Of a DNA stretch of 64,000 bases, positions 36,298 through 45,010 are shown piece after piece. Origin of the DNA: an uncultured bacterium (GTDB lineage Bacteria > Verrucomicrobiota > Kiritimatiellia > RFP12 > UBA1067). Position 1 is the stretch's first letter, and each line of letters starts with the position of its first letter. The stretch lies in NCBI GenBank assembly GCA_902800055.1, contig CADCCW010000007.1, positions 3,788-67,787 of the forward strand. The letters are read 5' to 3'. The notes under the pieces are model-generated. The model was not told where the DNA came from. It searched no databases and saw only the letters and a program-made list of their open reading frames with translations. Position numbers and translations under genes: made by a program.

Positions 36298-37953
36298 GTG
36301 TCGGCCGGCGAGATAGTCGCGAAGATCCTCCGGGCCCGCGGCATCAGCGAAGCCGAGCTCGGGGACTTCCTCAATCCGTCCCTCGACCAGCTCGCGCGCC
36401 CAGAGGACCTGCCCGGCGTCGAGGCGGCGGCCGACGCCGTCCTCGCCGCGGTTGCGGCGGGGCGCAAGGTCGTCGTCTTTGGCGACTACGACTGCGACGG
36501 CGTGTGCGCCACCGCGATCTTGGTGAAGGCGCTCGGCGCGCTGGGGGCGAATGTCGAGCCGTTCCTGCCCAGCCGCCTCACCGAGGGCTACGGCATGAGC
36601 GACGCATCAGTCGCGCGTCTCCTCGCCGAGCAGCCAGACGTCGGGCTCGTCGTCACCGTCGACAACGGCATCAACTCCATCGACCAGATCGCCGCGCTCA
36701 GGTCCCGTGGCGTCGAGGTGGTGGTGACCGACCACCATCTCCCCGGCCGCCTCGCCTCTGACGACGGCTCGCCGGGCGAGATCGTGCTGCCGGAGGCCGC
36801 CGCGCTCGTCAACCCCAAGGTCGAGGCGCCAGCGCGCCTTGCCGACCTCTGCGGCGCCGGCGTTGCCTTCCTGCTCGCCAATCGCCTGATTGCCGAGGCC
36901 GCGCGCCGCGGCATGTATTCCGGCGAGAAGATCGGCGGCCCGCTGCTGGTGCTCGCCGGCATCGCCACGGTGACGGACCTCATGCCGATCCTCGGCCAGA
37001 ACCGCATCCTCGTCGCCGAGGCGCTGAAGCGCTTCGCCGCTTGGGCGCCGATGGGCGTGCGCGAGCTCTACGCGCGCGCCGCGCGCGCTGGCTCCGAGCG
37101 ATTGACTTCGCGCGACTTCGGCTTCCTCATCGGCCCGCGCATCAACGCCTCCGGGCGAATTGCCTCGGGCGACGAGGCGCTGGAGCTGGTGCTTTCGGAC
37201 GACCGCGAGATTTCGCGCGAGTTGGCGCGGATCGTTGACATGCGCAATGTCGAGCGCCGGTCGATTGAGCAGAAGATGTCGGAAGAGGCCGCCGCCAAAG
37301 TGGTGCAGGGCGCGAGCGCCCAGGTCATCGACCTCCCCGACGGCCATCCCGGGGTGGCGGGGATCGTCGCCTCGCGGCTGCTCGAATGCGTCGGGCGGGG
37401 ACCGGTGTGCGTCATCGCGGGCGGGCACGGCTCCGGCCGCGCGCCGGGCGGGTTCAACCTGCGCGACGCCTTCGACGCCTGCGCTTCCGTTCTCGAGCGC
37501 TACGGCGGCCACGCCGCCGCCGGCGGGTTCTCGGTTAAGCCAGGGAAGACCGACGAGTTCCGGCGGCTGCTCTGCGAATACTGCGAGCGCGAGGAGCGGC
37601 TGCATCCGCCGGTCACCGCCGGAATCGAGCCGGACGTCTGGATCGAGCCCGACGACGTCACGCTGGAGCTTGCCGACGAGGTGGCGCTGCTCGAGCCGTT
37701 CGGCGAGGGCAACCCCGAGCCTGTCTTCGCGCTTCGCGGCGTCACCATCGCCGATGTGCGTCCGCTCGGTTCGGAAGGGCGCCACCTCACGCTTTCGCTC
37801 CGCGAGTCGCGGCTGAGGGGAGTGTTCTGGAACCACGGTGACATGGTGGAGGAGCTGCGTGCCCACCCCTCGCACCGAAACGTCTTCTTCACCCTCTGCA
37901 TCTCCGACTACGGCGAGCGCCACGTCGAGCTCAAGCTGGTGGCGGTGGAATGA
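36298..37953 (+). CDS. recJ: single-stranded-DNA-specific exonuclease RecJ
   Basis: GTG start. DHH motifs VVFGDYDCDGV, VTVDNG and VTDHH. DHHA1 GGHAAAGG. Confidence 0.9.
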   Translation: MSAGEIVAKILRARGISEAELGDFLNPSLDQLARPEDLPGVEAAADAVLAAVAAGRKVVVFGDYDCDGVCATAILVKALGALGANVEPFLPSRLTEGYGMSDASVARLLAEQPDVGLVVTVDNGINSIDQIAALRSRGVEVVVTDHHLPGRLASDDGSPGEIVLPEAAALVNPKVEAPARLADLCGAGVAFLLANRLIAEAARRGMYSGEKIGGPLLVLAGIATVTDLMPILGQNRILVAEALKRFAAWAPMGVRELYARAARAGSERLTSRDFGFLIGPRINASGRIASGDEALELVLSDDREISRELARIVDMRNVERRSIEQKMSEEAAAKVVQGASAQVIDLPDGHPGVAGIVASRLLECVGRGPVCVIAGGHGSGRAPGGFNLRDAFDACASVLERYGGHAAAGGFSVKPGKTDEFRRLLCEYCEREERLHPPVTAGIEPDVWIEPDDVTLELADEVALLEPFGEGNPEPVFALRGVTIADVRPLGSEGRHLTLSLRESRLRGVFWNHGDMVEELRAHPSHRNVFFTLCISDYGERHVELKLVAVE

Positions 37954-37965
37954 TTCACCTCGTTA

Positions 37966-37974
37966 TGGTATAAT
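37966..37974 (+). promoter_or_regulatory. extended -10 promoter (TGGTATAAT), leaderless
   Basis: Starts 13 nt after the recJ stop. The hexamer ends 7 nt before ATG 37982. Confidence 0.55.
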
Positions 37975-37981
37975 TCGCATC

Positions 37982-38791
37982 ATGATTGTCCTTATTGCAG
38001 CTTTCGCCGCCGGGTGCGGCGGTTTCGCCGCGGCCCGCTGGGGCTTCGGCGCCGGAATCGGCTGGAGCGTGTTCTGGGGGATACTCTCTCTGGTAGTCGC
38101 CCAGTTCGTCCTCGGGTTCCTCGTCCAGCGCCGCGTGAAGGCGGTGATGAACGCAGTGCAGTCCATCCTGCTCGCCGGGCAGAAGCGCCTGCAGCAGAAG
38201 ATGCAGCGCTGGCAGATGCGCCCGCCGGGCTCGGTGCAGGCCGCCCAGAAGGAGATCTTCGCCGACACCAAGGTGTTCGTGCAGGACGCGCTCGCGAAGG
38301 TGGAAGAGCTCAACCGCTTCCGCCTGCTCGTACCGATGATGGACCGCCAGATCGCCACCGCCAAGGTGCAGCTCGCCTGGATGATCAAGGACTTCAAAAC
38401 CGTCGACGCGCTGATGCCGAAGGTGCTGCTGGTGGACCCGATGATGACCGCGATCAAGATCGCGCGCCTCCACATGACCGGCGGCGACTTCAAGGAGATC
38501 GAGAAGCTCTACCGCAAGGGCGTCGGGCGCGTGCGCTACAACGGCAACGTCCTCCTCGCCGCGGAGATGAGCTGGATCCAGGTCAAGCGCGGCGACGCCG
38601 ACGGCGCGTTCAAGACGCTCACCGAGGCGCTGAAGAAGAGCGACGACGCGACGCTGAAGCGCAACCACGAGTGCCTGATGAACAACCGCGTCGGCCACTT
38701 CTCCAACTCCGGCCTCGGCGACCAGTGGTACTCGCTGCTCCTCGAGGAGCCGAAGGTCCACGTCCAGCGCCAGCGCAGCGTCTACCGCTGA
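37982..38791 (+). CDS. hypothetical membrane protein (two N-terminal TM helices, helical repeat C-terminus)
   Basis: MIVLIAAFAAGCGGFAAARWGFGAGIGWSVFWGILSLVVAQFVLGFLV, then a helical, TPR-like region. No named family recognised. Confidence 0.6.
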   Translation: MIVLIAAFAAGCGGFAAARWGFGAGIGWSVFWGILSLVVAQFVLGFLVQRRVKAVMNAVQSILLAGQKRLQQKMQRWQMRPPGSVQAAQKEIFADTKVFVQDALAKVEELNRFRLLVPMMDRQIATAKVQLAWMIKDFKTVDALMPKVLLVDPMMTAIKIARLHMTGGDFKEIEKLYRKGVGRVRYNGNVLLAAEMSWIQVKRGDADGAFKTLTEALKKSDDATLKRNHECLMNNRVGHFSNSGLGDQWYSLLLEEPKVHVQRQRSVYR

Positions 38792-38798
38792 GGCGGCG

Positions 38799-38858
38799 GC
38801 AGAAGAAGCGGAGGCTGTTTTTAACGCAAAGAACACAAAGAACACAGAGGGCTCTTTG
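38799..38858 (+). repeat. conserved 5' block of the P3/P4 leader
   Basis: GCAGAAGAAGCGGAGGCTGTTTTTAACGCAAAGAACACAAAGAACACAGAGGGCTCTTTG matches 51161-51220 at about 55 of 60 positions. Confidence 0.85.
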
Positions 38859-38863
38859 GAAGT

Positions 38864-38894
38864 GTTTGAGGGTTTGAGTGAAGAGTGTTTGAGT
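38864..38894 (+). repeat. tandem octamer GTTTGAGN (x3 plus one degenerate unit)
   Basis: GTTTGAGG GTTTGAGT GAAGAGT GTTTGAGT. TTTGAG also flanks both hairpin repeats. Confidence 0.7.
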
Positions 38895-38963
38895 TCTGGC
38901 TTTGCTCCCATGAATCACGAATTTGAATCCACCAATATCACCACCAACAACGAGGATAACACC

Positions 38964-41900
38964 ATGAACACCCAAGTAGTGAAATCTGCTGCGGTCAAGG
39001 TGCTGGCGGTGGGCGCGATGCTAGCGGCAACAGCGCCGTTCGCTGCGGTCGCGGACGAAGGCAAGTCTACTAGCGACTATGTCCAGGACGGACTGGTGGC
39101 GCAGTGGGACGGCGTCGAGAACGCCGGGGTCGGGGTGCACGAAGACTCGCCGAGTGCGTGGGTGGACATCGTCGGCGGCCTGGAGATAACCATTCCAGAA
39201 TGGGTGACGGTGGAGACGAACGCCTTCTATTCGGAATCCTCGACCGCCACGCGCACCTATCCGTCCATCTCCTCGATTCCCGGCCTCGGCGACAACGTGA
39301 CGATCGAGGTCGTTGCCGAGCGCGTGATGTGGCGCGATAAGACCAACTACGGGAATCTCCAGCCTGTCATCACTTCGCCCTACGCGAAGTTTGGCTATCG
39401 TCAGGACTCCACGGCGGGCGTCTTTTATCAGATGCCAATCGGCACGAACAACAAGCTGTGGCTCTACACGAGCACAAGCGGAAGTTTCGACGTTTCTGAA
39501 TGCCACACGTACACTGCAAGGGTCACCATGCCAAGGGACGTGTCCAACACGCTGCTCGTCGATGCGGCGACGGTTCCAGGCTGGGCTAAGGAGGGTACCG
39601 ATGGATTGCCGACCGATCCGCCAACCAACTGGACGTTCTTCAGCGCGCCGCGCGCTGATGTACGCCTCCACGCCATCCGCGTCTACAACCGCAAGCTGAC
39701 CGACGCCGAGGTTACGGCCAACGCCGCCGTGGACAACGTGCGCTTTGTCGAGGGGAAGATTTCCAACGGCACGCTCAAGTCCGCGCTGGAGAACGTCAGC
39801 ACCAACAGCGTGAACCTCGTCTGGTCGCTGGTGACGTCGGCGGACCCGGCGCCGACGGTGACGGCCCGCTTCGTGAGCGGCCGCGAGCCGGATCTCTCGG
39901 ACGGCGTCGCCCGCGCCCTCGGCACCATCTCCGCCAACACCGTCGTCACCTCCGCCGTCCCGTTCGTGCGCTACGCCACGACCTACTGGCGGCTTGAGGC
40001 GGAGGACACCAACGGCAAGTCCTACGTCACGGCGACCAAGACGGTGCCGGCCTTCTCCCTCGACTCCACTTCGTATGTGTCGTCCGGCCTGGTGGCGCAG
40101 TGGGACGGCGTCGAGAACGCCGGGCGCGGCGTCCATTCCGACAGCCCGACCGTCTGGAAGGACCTCGTCGGCTCGAATGACATCACTCTGCCTGCATGGG
40201 TCTCGGCCACGGCGAAGGGGATGGATTCAGTCGGCTCGTCCGAGTCGAGGACGTATCCTGAACTTGCGTCGATCACCGGCCTCGACGGCGACGACGTCAC
40301 GATCGAGGTCGCGGCGAGGCGCGTCCGCTGGACGCAGACCGACGACTACGGGAACCTCCAGTCATTCTTCACTTCGCCATGGGGGCATTTCGGGTACCGG
40401 TTCAACCAGAACGACGCCTTCTACGCCTACCTTCCGCCAAACGGAAACAACGCCGGCCAGGCGAAGCTCTACAACATCAACACCGGAACCGGTGGCGCCA
40501 AGGTTACCGAATGCCAGACCATTGCCGGGCGCATCACGCGCAACTCGTCGTCGGCCCAGAACGGGCTGTTCATCAACGCCGCCGCGCAAACGCTCGTGTA
40601 CGCCAACTATTCCGCCAACCTCGGGAGCAGTTGGAAGTTCTTCAACAATCCCCGCACCGAGATCGAGTTCTACGCCATCCGCGTCTACAACCGGCGGCTG
40701 ACGAGCAGTGAACTCGCGGGGAACGCCTGGGTCGACAGGCTCCGCGTGACCGGCGAGATGACGGACAACGCGGCTGCGCCGCTCCAGATTGCGTACGACG
40801 GCGCCGGCGCGTCGGTCCGCAAGGGATACTACTGCTGGCCGGTGCCTGGCGAGGCCTTTTCCCACCGCGTCGCCTACTCCGTGCCGGACGGCGACTACCA
40901 GTCGCTCTGCGTCGGGTGGACGCGCTACGTGGAAACGAGCACCGACGTCTGGGAGGAGGAGGCGCACGGCGCGACCTGCGAGGCGTCGTATCTGCCCGAC
41001 TCGCGCCGTCACCGCCTCGTCTTCCACACGGCGAAGTGGCGGGACTTCCCGGCTGGATATGCTCGCCTCGACGGCCTTGTCGCCAACGGCAACCAGATAA
41101 TCGACACCGGATACTACCCGAACTACCATACCTATTGTGTGATCGACCTCAAGTTTACCGGCAACACCTACAACTACCAAGGTAGCGTCAGCCCCTTCGG
41201 CGCACCGCCATCCGCAGGCGGACTGCAGTTTTCCGTCAATTTCGGCGGCAATGCCAACCAAGGAACAACGCTCTTTTTCTGGACCCGCTACAACTACGCC
41301 ACCGGCGGCGACAGTGAAATCCGCCAAATGACAACTACCGCCAATACCGTCAAGAACCGCAGCAGCCTCTATATCCACATGACGGATGGCGGAGCACAAT
41401 ACGGGGACACGCTAATAGGAATCAAGCAGCGCGCGGAGGATCAGACACAGTCGACGACGTTCAGGCTCTTCGGTCTCACCGCCCCGTTCAACGGCTACGA
41501 CAGCATGACCATCTACGGCACCAAGCTCGGCGAACGCGTCGGAACCGACACGACGTATCAGCGGGACCTCGTCCCGGCGCGGTCCGCCGAGACGGGCCTC
41601 CGCGGGCTCTACGACTACGTGACCGGCGGCTTCTTCACCAACATCGTCGAGAACGCCGCGGAGGACTTTGCCGGCGATCTGTCCTCCGCGGTCTACATCG
41701 ACGGCGAGCCGTCGCGGATTGGCGAGCCGACGATTCCCTACGGCTATGCTGAGATGGAGTCCGGCTGGGAGTTTGAGCTTGCGGAGACGAACACGGTGAA
41801 GACGACCGGGCACCAGATGCACGTCAAGTCGATTGCGCGCTACACTTACAACGACACGACTGGCGCGTGGACGCTCGCCGAGCGCACGAAGGGCGGGAAG

Positions 41901-41984
41901 GTCACCGCAACCTACTCCGGCGCGCCGACGCGATACGTCCTGGAATGGGCCGAGAACACCGGCTTCTTCATCTACCTGCACTGA
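38964..41984 (+). CDS. giant secreted protein P3: two LamG-like domains plus one DFVP module and C-terminal extension
   Basis: GAGGA SD plus ATG 38964. Signal peptide is MNTQVVKSAAVKVLAVGAMLAATAP. Duplicated GLVAQWDGVENAG...(H/Y)AIRVYNR(K/R)LT. FPAGYARLDGLVANGNQIIDTGYYP...YQRDLVPARSAETGLRGLYD. C-terminus is GFFIYLH*. The ORF-track start at 38856 (TTG) is also in frame. Confidence 0.85.
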   Translation: MNTQVVKSAAVKVLAVGAMLAATAPFAAVADEGKSTSDYVQDGLVAQWDGVENAGVGVHEDSPSAWVDIVGGLEITIPEWVTVETNAFYSESSTATRTYPSISSIPGLGDNVTIEVVAERVMWRDKTNYGNLQPVITSPYAKFGYRQDSTAGVFYQMPIGTNNKLWLYTSTSGSFDVSECHTYTARVTMPRDVSNTLLVDAATVPGWAKEGTDGLPTDPPTNWTFFSAPRADVRLHAIRVYNRKLTDAEVTANAAVDNVRFVEGKISNGTLKSALENVSTNSVNLVWSLVTSADPAPTVTARFVSGREPDLSDGVARALGTISANTVVTSAVPFVRYATTYWRLEAEDTNGKSYVTATKTVPAFSLDSTSYVSSGLVAQWDGVENAGRGVHSDSPTVWKDLVGSNDITLPAWVSATAKGMDSVGSSESRTYPELASITGLDGDDVTIEVAARRVRWTQTDDYGNLQSFFTSPWGHFGYRFNQNDAFYAYLPPNGNNAGQAKLYNINTGTGGAKVTECQTIAGRITRNSSSAQNGLFINAAAQTLVYANYSANLGSSWKFFNNPRTEIEFYAIRVYNRRLTSSELAGNAWVDRLRVTGEMTDNAAAPLQIAYDGAGASVRKGYYCWPVPGEAFSHRVAYSVPDGDYQSLCVGWTRYVETSTDVWEEEAHGATCEASYLPDSRRHRLVFHTAKWRDFPAGYARLDGLVANGNQIIDTGYYPNYHTYCVIDLKFTGNTYNYQGSVSPFGAPPSAGGLQFSVNFGGNANQGTTLFFWTRYNYATGGDSEIRQMTTTANTVKNRSSLYIHMTDGGAQYGDTLIGIKQRAEDQTQSTTFRLFGLTAPFNGYDSMTIYGTKLGERVGTDTTYQRDLVPARSAETGLRGLYDYVTGGFFTNIVENAAEDFAGDLSSAVYIDGEPSRIGEPTIPYGYAEMESGWEFELAETNTVKTTGHQMHVKSIARYTYNDTTGAWTLAERTKGGKVTATYSGAPTRYVLEWAENTGFFIYLH

Positions 41985-42029
41985 CCCTGCGGCAAGTTGC
42001 GCGGCAGGTTGACACCTCGCGGCGCAATT

Positions 42030-42038
42030 TGGTATACT
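42030..42038 (+). promoter_or_regulatory. extended -10 promoter (TGGTATACT) for vapBC
   Basis: Followed by a palindromic operator and AAAGGAGGG SD. Confidence 0.55.
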
Positions 42039-42043
42039 CCAAT

Positions 42044-42062
42044 CATCTAGACAGACTAGATG
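42044..42062 (+). promoter_or_regulatory. candidate antitoxin operator (CATCTAG-N5-CTAGATG)
   Basis: Perfect 7-bp inverted repeat between the -10 and the SD of the antitoxin gene. Confidence 0.5.
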
Positions 42063-42075
42063 AAAAGGAGGGAAC

Positions 42076-42351
42076 ATGACTTGGGCGCTTCAGGACGCGA
42101 AGAACAAATTCTCGGCGGTGGCCGACACCGCCGCTAACGGTACGCCGCAGGTGGTCACCAGGCGCGGCCATCCGCTTGTAGTCGTCATATCCTACGCGAT
42201 GTTCAGGGAGAAGATCGCGCCCGAGCCGAGCAGCAACATCGCGGACGCCTTCAAGTCATGTCCGGTGGACGTTGATTTCGACACGCTCATTCCGCCGCGG
42301 AGAACCCGCAGCGGCCGTGGTCACAAGACTCGTCTTTTCCAGGAGAAGTGA
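42076..42351 (+). CDS. type II antitoxin, Phd/YefM family
   Basis: MTWALQDAKNKFSAVADTAANGTPQVVTRRGHPLVVVISYAMF is the Phd/YefM N-terminal fold pattern. Overlaps the PIN toxin gene. Confidence 0.85.
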   Translation: MTWALQDAKNKFSAVADTAANGTPQVVTRRGHPLVVVISYAMFREKIAPEPSSNIADAFKSCPVDVDFDTLIPPRRTRSGRGHKTRLFQEK

Positions 42352-42788
42352 GCATGAACTATCTTGTCGACACATGCATCCTGAGCGAACTCGCCAAGCG
42401 CCGCCCGAATGCGAAGGTAGCGAAGTGGCTGTCCGGTCATTCGTCCAGTAGCCAGTTCTTCGTCTCAGCGGTAACGGTCGGAGAGATCATGGAGGGGATA
42501 GAGTCCCTGCCGCCTGAAGATCCGGCAAGGCGGAAGCTGTCGACATGGTTCAGGGAGCGCATCCTCGACGTATACAAGGAAAGCATACTCCCGTTCGACC
42601 GGGACGTGGCCGTCAAGTGGGGGGAGATCAAGGGGATGACGAACAGGATGGGCAAGGCAAGGCCCGACCTTGATACGCAGATTGCTGCGACTGCTCTTGT
42701 CCACGGCCTGACGATAGTGACGCGAAATGTCGCTGACATGGAATATACTGGAGCCAGAACCGTGAATCCATTTGGTGATGGCGTGTAG
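42348..42788 (+). CDS. vapC: type II toxin, PIN domain RNase (VapC)
   Basis: YLVDTCILSE, VTVGEI, DTQIAATALVHGLTIVTRN acidic PIN residues. GTG 42348 (GTGA overlap) or ATG 42354. Confidence 0.88.
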   Translation: MSMNYLVDTCILSELAKRRPNAKVAKWLSGHSSSSQFFVSAVTVGEIMEGIESLPPEDPARRKLSTWFRERILDVYKESILPFDRDVAVKWGEIKGMTNRMGKARPDLDTQIAATALVHGLTIVTRNVADMEYTGARTVNPFGDGV

Positions 42789-42796
42789 CTGAAGGC

Positions 42797-44521
42797 ATGA
42801 GCGATTTTCTGATGTCGTTGAAGGACGTGACGCTGGCGTTTGGCGGGCCAAGCGTGCTGGACGGCGTGTCGCTTTCAGTCTCGAAGGGACTGCGCGCGGC
42901 GCTCACGGGGCGCAACGGCGAAGGCAAGTCGACCCTGTTGAAGGTGATCGCCGGCGACCTCGAGCCCGACTCCGGCGAAATCGTCCGCGCCCCCGGGCTC
43001 AAGACCATCTACGTCTCGCAGGAGGTGCCGGCCGACCGCCCCGGCGACTCCGCCTTCAACGCGCTTTCCGGCGGCCGGCGCCGCCGGAGCATCCTCGAGG
43101 CGGCGCTCCTGTCGCGCCCCGACCTGCTGCTCCTCGACGAGCCCACCAACCACCTCGACATGGAGACGATCGACTGGCTGGAGGGGATGCTGCGCCGCGC
43201 GCGCGACATGGCCGTGATCGTGGTCACGCACGACCGCCGCTTCCTGCGGCGGGTGGCGGCGAAGATATTCGACCTCGACCGCGGCGAGCTCTCGGGCTGG
43301 GAATGCGACTATCCGACGTTCCTGAAGCGCAAGGCCGAGCTGCTGGCGGACGAGCAGGTCTACTGGGAGCGGAAGTCCAGGAAGCTCGCCCAGGAGGAAG
43401 CGTGGATCCGTCGCGGGGTGAAGGCGCGGACGACCCGCAACGAGGGGCGCGTCGCGGCGCTGATGAAGCTGCGCGAGGAGTTCGCGGCGCGGCGGACTGC
43501 CGCGGGAACGGCGGCGATGCGGCTCGACACCGCCGCGCCCGGCGGCGCGTGCGTGCTGAAGGCGAAGAACCTCACCTTCGCCTATCCCGGTGCGGAGAAA
43601 CCGGTGATCTCGGACTTCACGGCCACGGTGCTGCGCGGCGAGCGGATCGGCATCCTCGGCGCGAACGGCGCGGGCAAGACGACGCTCCTCAACCTGCTGA
43701 CAGGGCGGCTCGCGCCGACGGAAGGTGAGGTGGTGCGCGGAACGAACGTGGAGCTTTCGTTCTTCGACCAGCTGCGGAGCGAGATGCGGCCGGAGCTGAC
43801 CGTCGGCGAGAACATCGCGTCCGATCGCGATGAGGTGATGGTGGGCGGAGTGAAGAAGCATGTCTACTCCTATCTCGCGGACTTCCTCTTCACGCCGGAA
43901 CGGGTGCGCACGCCGGTGAAGGCGCTTTCCGGCGGCGAGCGCGCGCGGCTGATGCTTGCCAAGCTGTTCCTGAAGCCGGCGAACCTGCTGGTGATGGACG
44001 AGCCCACCAACGACCTCGACGTGGAGACGCTGGAGCTGCTGGAGGAGCAGCTGCTGGCGTATTCGGGGACGCTGCTGCTCGTCAGCCACGACCGCGAGTT
44101 CCTGAACAACGTGGTGACCTCGACCTTCGTGCTGGAAGGCGACGGCCAGGTGCGGCAGTATCCGGGCGGATACGACGACTATGTGCGCCAGCGCGCCGTC
44201 GCGCCAGACCGCGGCACGGACCGGCGCGCAGAGGCAGGACGCGAGAAGCAGCTGCCGCGCCGGGACGATGCGCCCAAGCCGCGCGACCGGAAGCTTTCGT
44301 ACAACGAGCGGCGAGAGCTGGACGCCCTGCCGGGCAGGATCGACGCGCTGGAAGGGGAACTCAAGGAAATCCGCGAGGCGCTGGCGGACGGATCCGTCTA
44401 CCGGACCGATCCTGCGCGGGCGAAGGCGCTTTCCGACCGGCTACCGCTTGCCGAAGCCGAGCTCGAGGCGGCAGTCGACCGCTGGGCGGAACTGGCTGAG
44501 CGCAGCGGGGAAATGGCGTGA
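42797..44521 (+). CDS. ABC-F family ATPase (Uup-like) with unusually short NBD1
   Basis: NBD1 has GRNGEGKST, LSGGRRRR, LLLLDEPTNHLD. NBD2 has GANGAGKTT, LSGGERARL, LLVMDEPTNDLD. C-terminal coiled coil. Only ~42 aa separate Walker A from the signature motif in NBD1. Confidence 0.85.
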   Translation: MSDFLMSLKDVTLAFGGPSVLDGVSLSVSKGLRAALTGRNGEGKSTLLKVIAGDLEPDSGEIVRAPGLKTIYVSQEVPADRPGDSAFNALSGGRRRRSILEAALLSRPDLLLLDEPTNHLDMETIDWLEGMLRRARDMAVIVVTHDRRFLRRVAAKIFDLDRGELSGWECDYPTFLKRKAELLADEQVYWERKSRKLAQEEAWIRRGVKARTTRNEGRVAALMKLREEFAARRTAAGTAAMRLDTAAPGGACVLKAKNLTFAYPGAEKPVISDFTATVLRGERIGILGANGAGKTTLLNLLTGRLAPTEGEVVRGTNVELSFFDQLRSEMRPELTVGENIASDRDEVMVGGVKKHVYSYLADFLFTPERVRTPVKALSGGERARLMLAKLFLKPANLLVMDEPTNDLDVETLELLEEQLLAYSGTLLLVSHDREFLNNVVTSTFVLEGDGQVRQYPGGYDDYVRQRAVAPDRGTDRRAEAGREKQLPRRDDAPKPRDRKLSYNERRELDALPGRIDALEGELKEIREALADGSVYRTDPARAKALSDRLPLAEAELEAAVDRWAELAERSGEMA

Positions 44522-44570
44522 TTTTGTACTATGGCGACGGGCTGTGAGCTCGGCCCGCCCTCTGCCGCAC

Positions 44571-44606
44571 CGCGGCAGATTACGCGGCAGATTGCGCGGC
44601 AATGTC
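44571..44606 (+). repeat. tandem 12-mer CGCGGCAGATTN x3
   Basis: CGCGGCAGATTA CGCGGCAGATTG CGCGGCAATGTC. Similar units (TGCGGCAAGTTG CGCGGCAGGTTG) lie at 41987-42011. Confidence 0.7.
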
Positions 44607-44659
44607 TTGATTATTCCGTTGTTCTACCAAGCGGTGAAGTTGCGGAGTGGGAGTTTGGT

Positions 44660-45010
44660 TTATTGCCCGTATGGGTTGGATGTGTCGTAGACTGGATTTG
44701 CTGAGAGGCCTCTGACGCTCCTCGAATACCTGAACCATCGCACTTCCATCACATGGTCGTGGACTATGTAATAGACCGTGTAGTTGCCGACTTGAATCGC
44801 ATAGTATGGCTGCTGAACGTCGGGCGGACGGTATCGTGGAGCAGTCACGAGCGGATGGTCGAGCATATTGTCGATGGCGGAATAGACATCTGCTATGAGT
44901 TTGTCTGCCGCAATCGGGTTGCGAAGTTGCTGTTCGATGTAGGCGACCGCTCGGTCCAACTCCTCGATGAACGTCGGACGGATGTCAAGCGTGTACTTTT
45001 CTCCGAGCAT
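44660..45010 (-). CDS. type II toxin, RelE/ParE family
   Basis: YTLDIRPTFIEELDRAVAYIEQQLRNPIAADKLIADVYSAIDNMLDHP...YYIVHDHVMEVRWFRY is a ParE/RelE-like pattern. Lower-GC region. Confidence 0.8.
   Translation of the reverse strand: MLGEKYTLDIRPTFIEELDRAVAYIEQQLRNPIAADKLIADVYSAIDNMLDHPLVTAPRYRPPDVQQPYYAIQVGNYTVYYIVHDHVMEVRWFRYSRSVRGLSANPVYDTSNPYGQ

Noticed and set aside
44522-44659. Possible terminator or small RNA in the convergent ABC-F / relE gap.
   Set aside because: Only weak GC stems (GGGC...GCCC) without U-tracts are present. The main structure there is the 12-mer direct repeat, which is reported separately.
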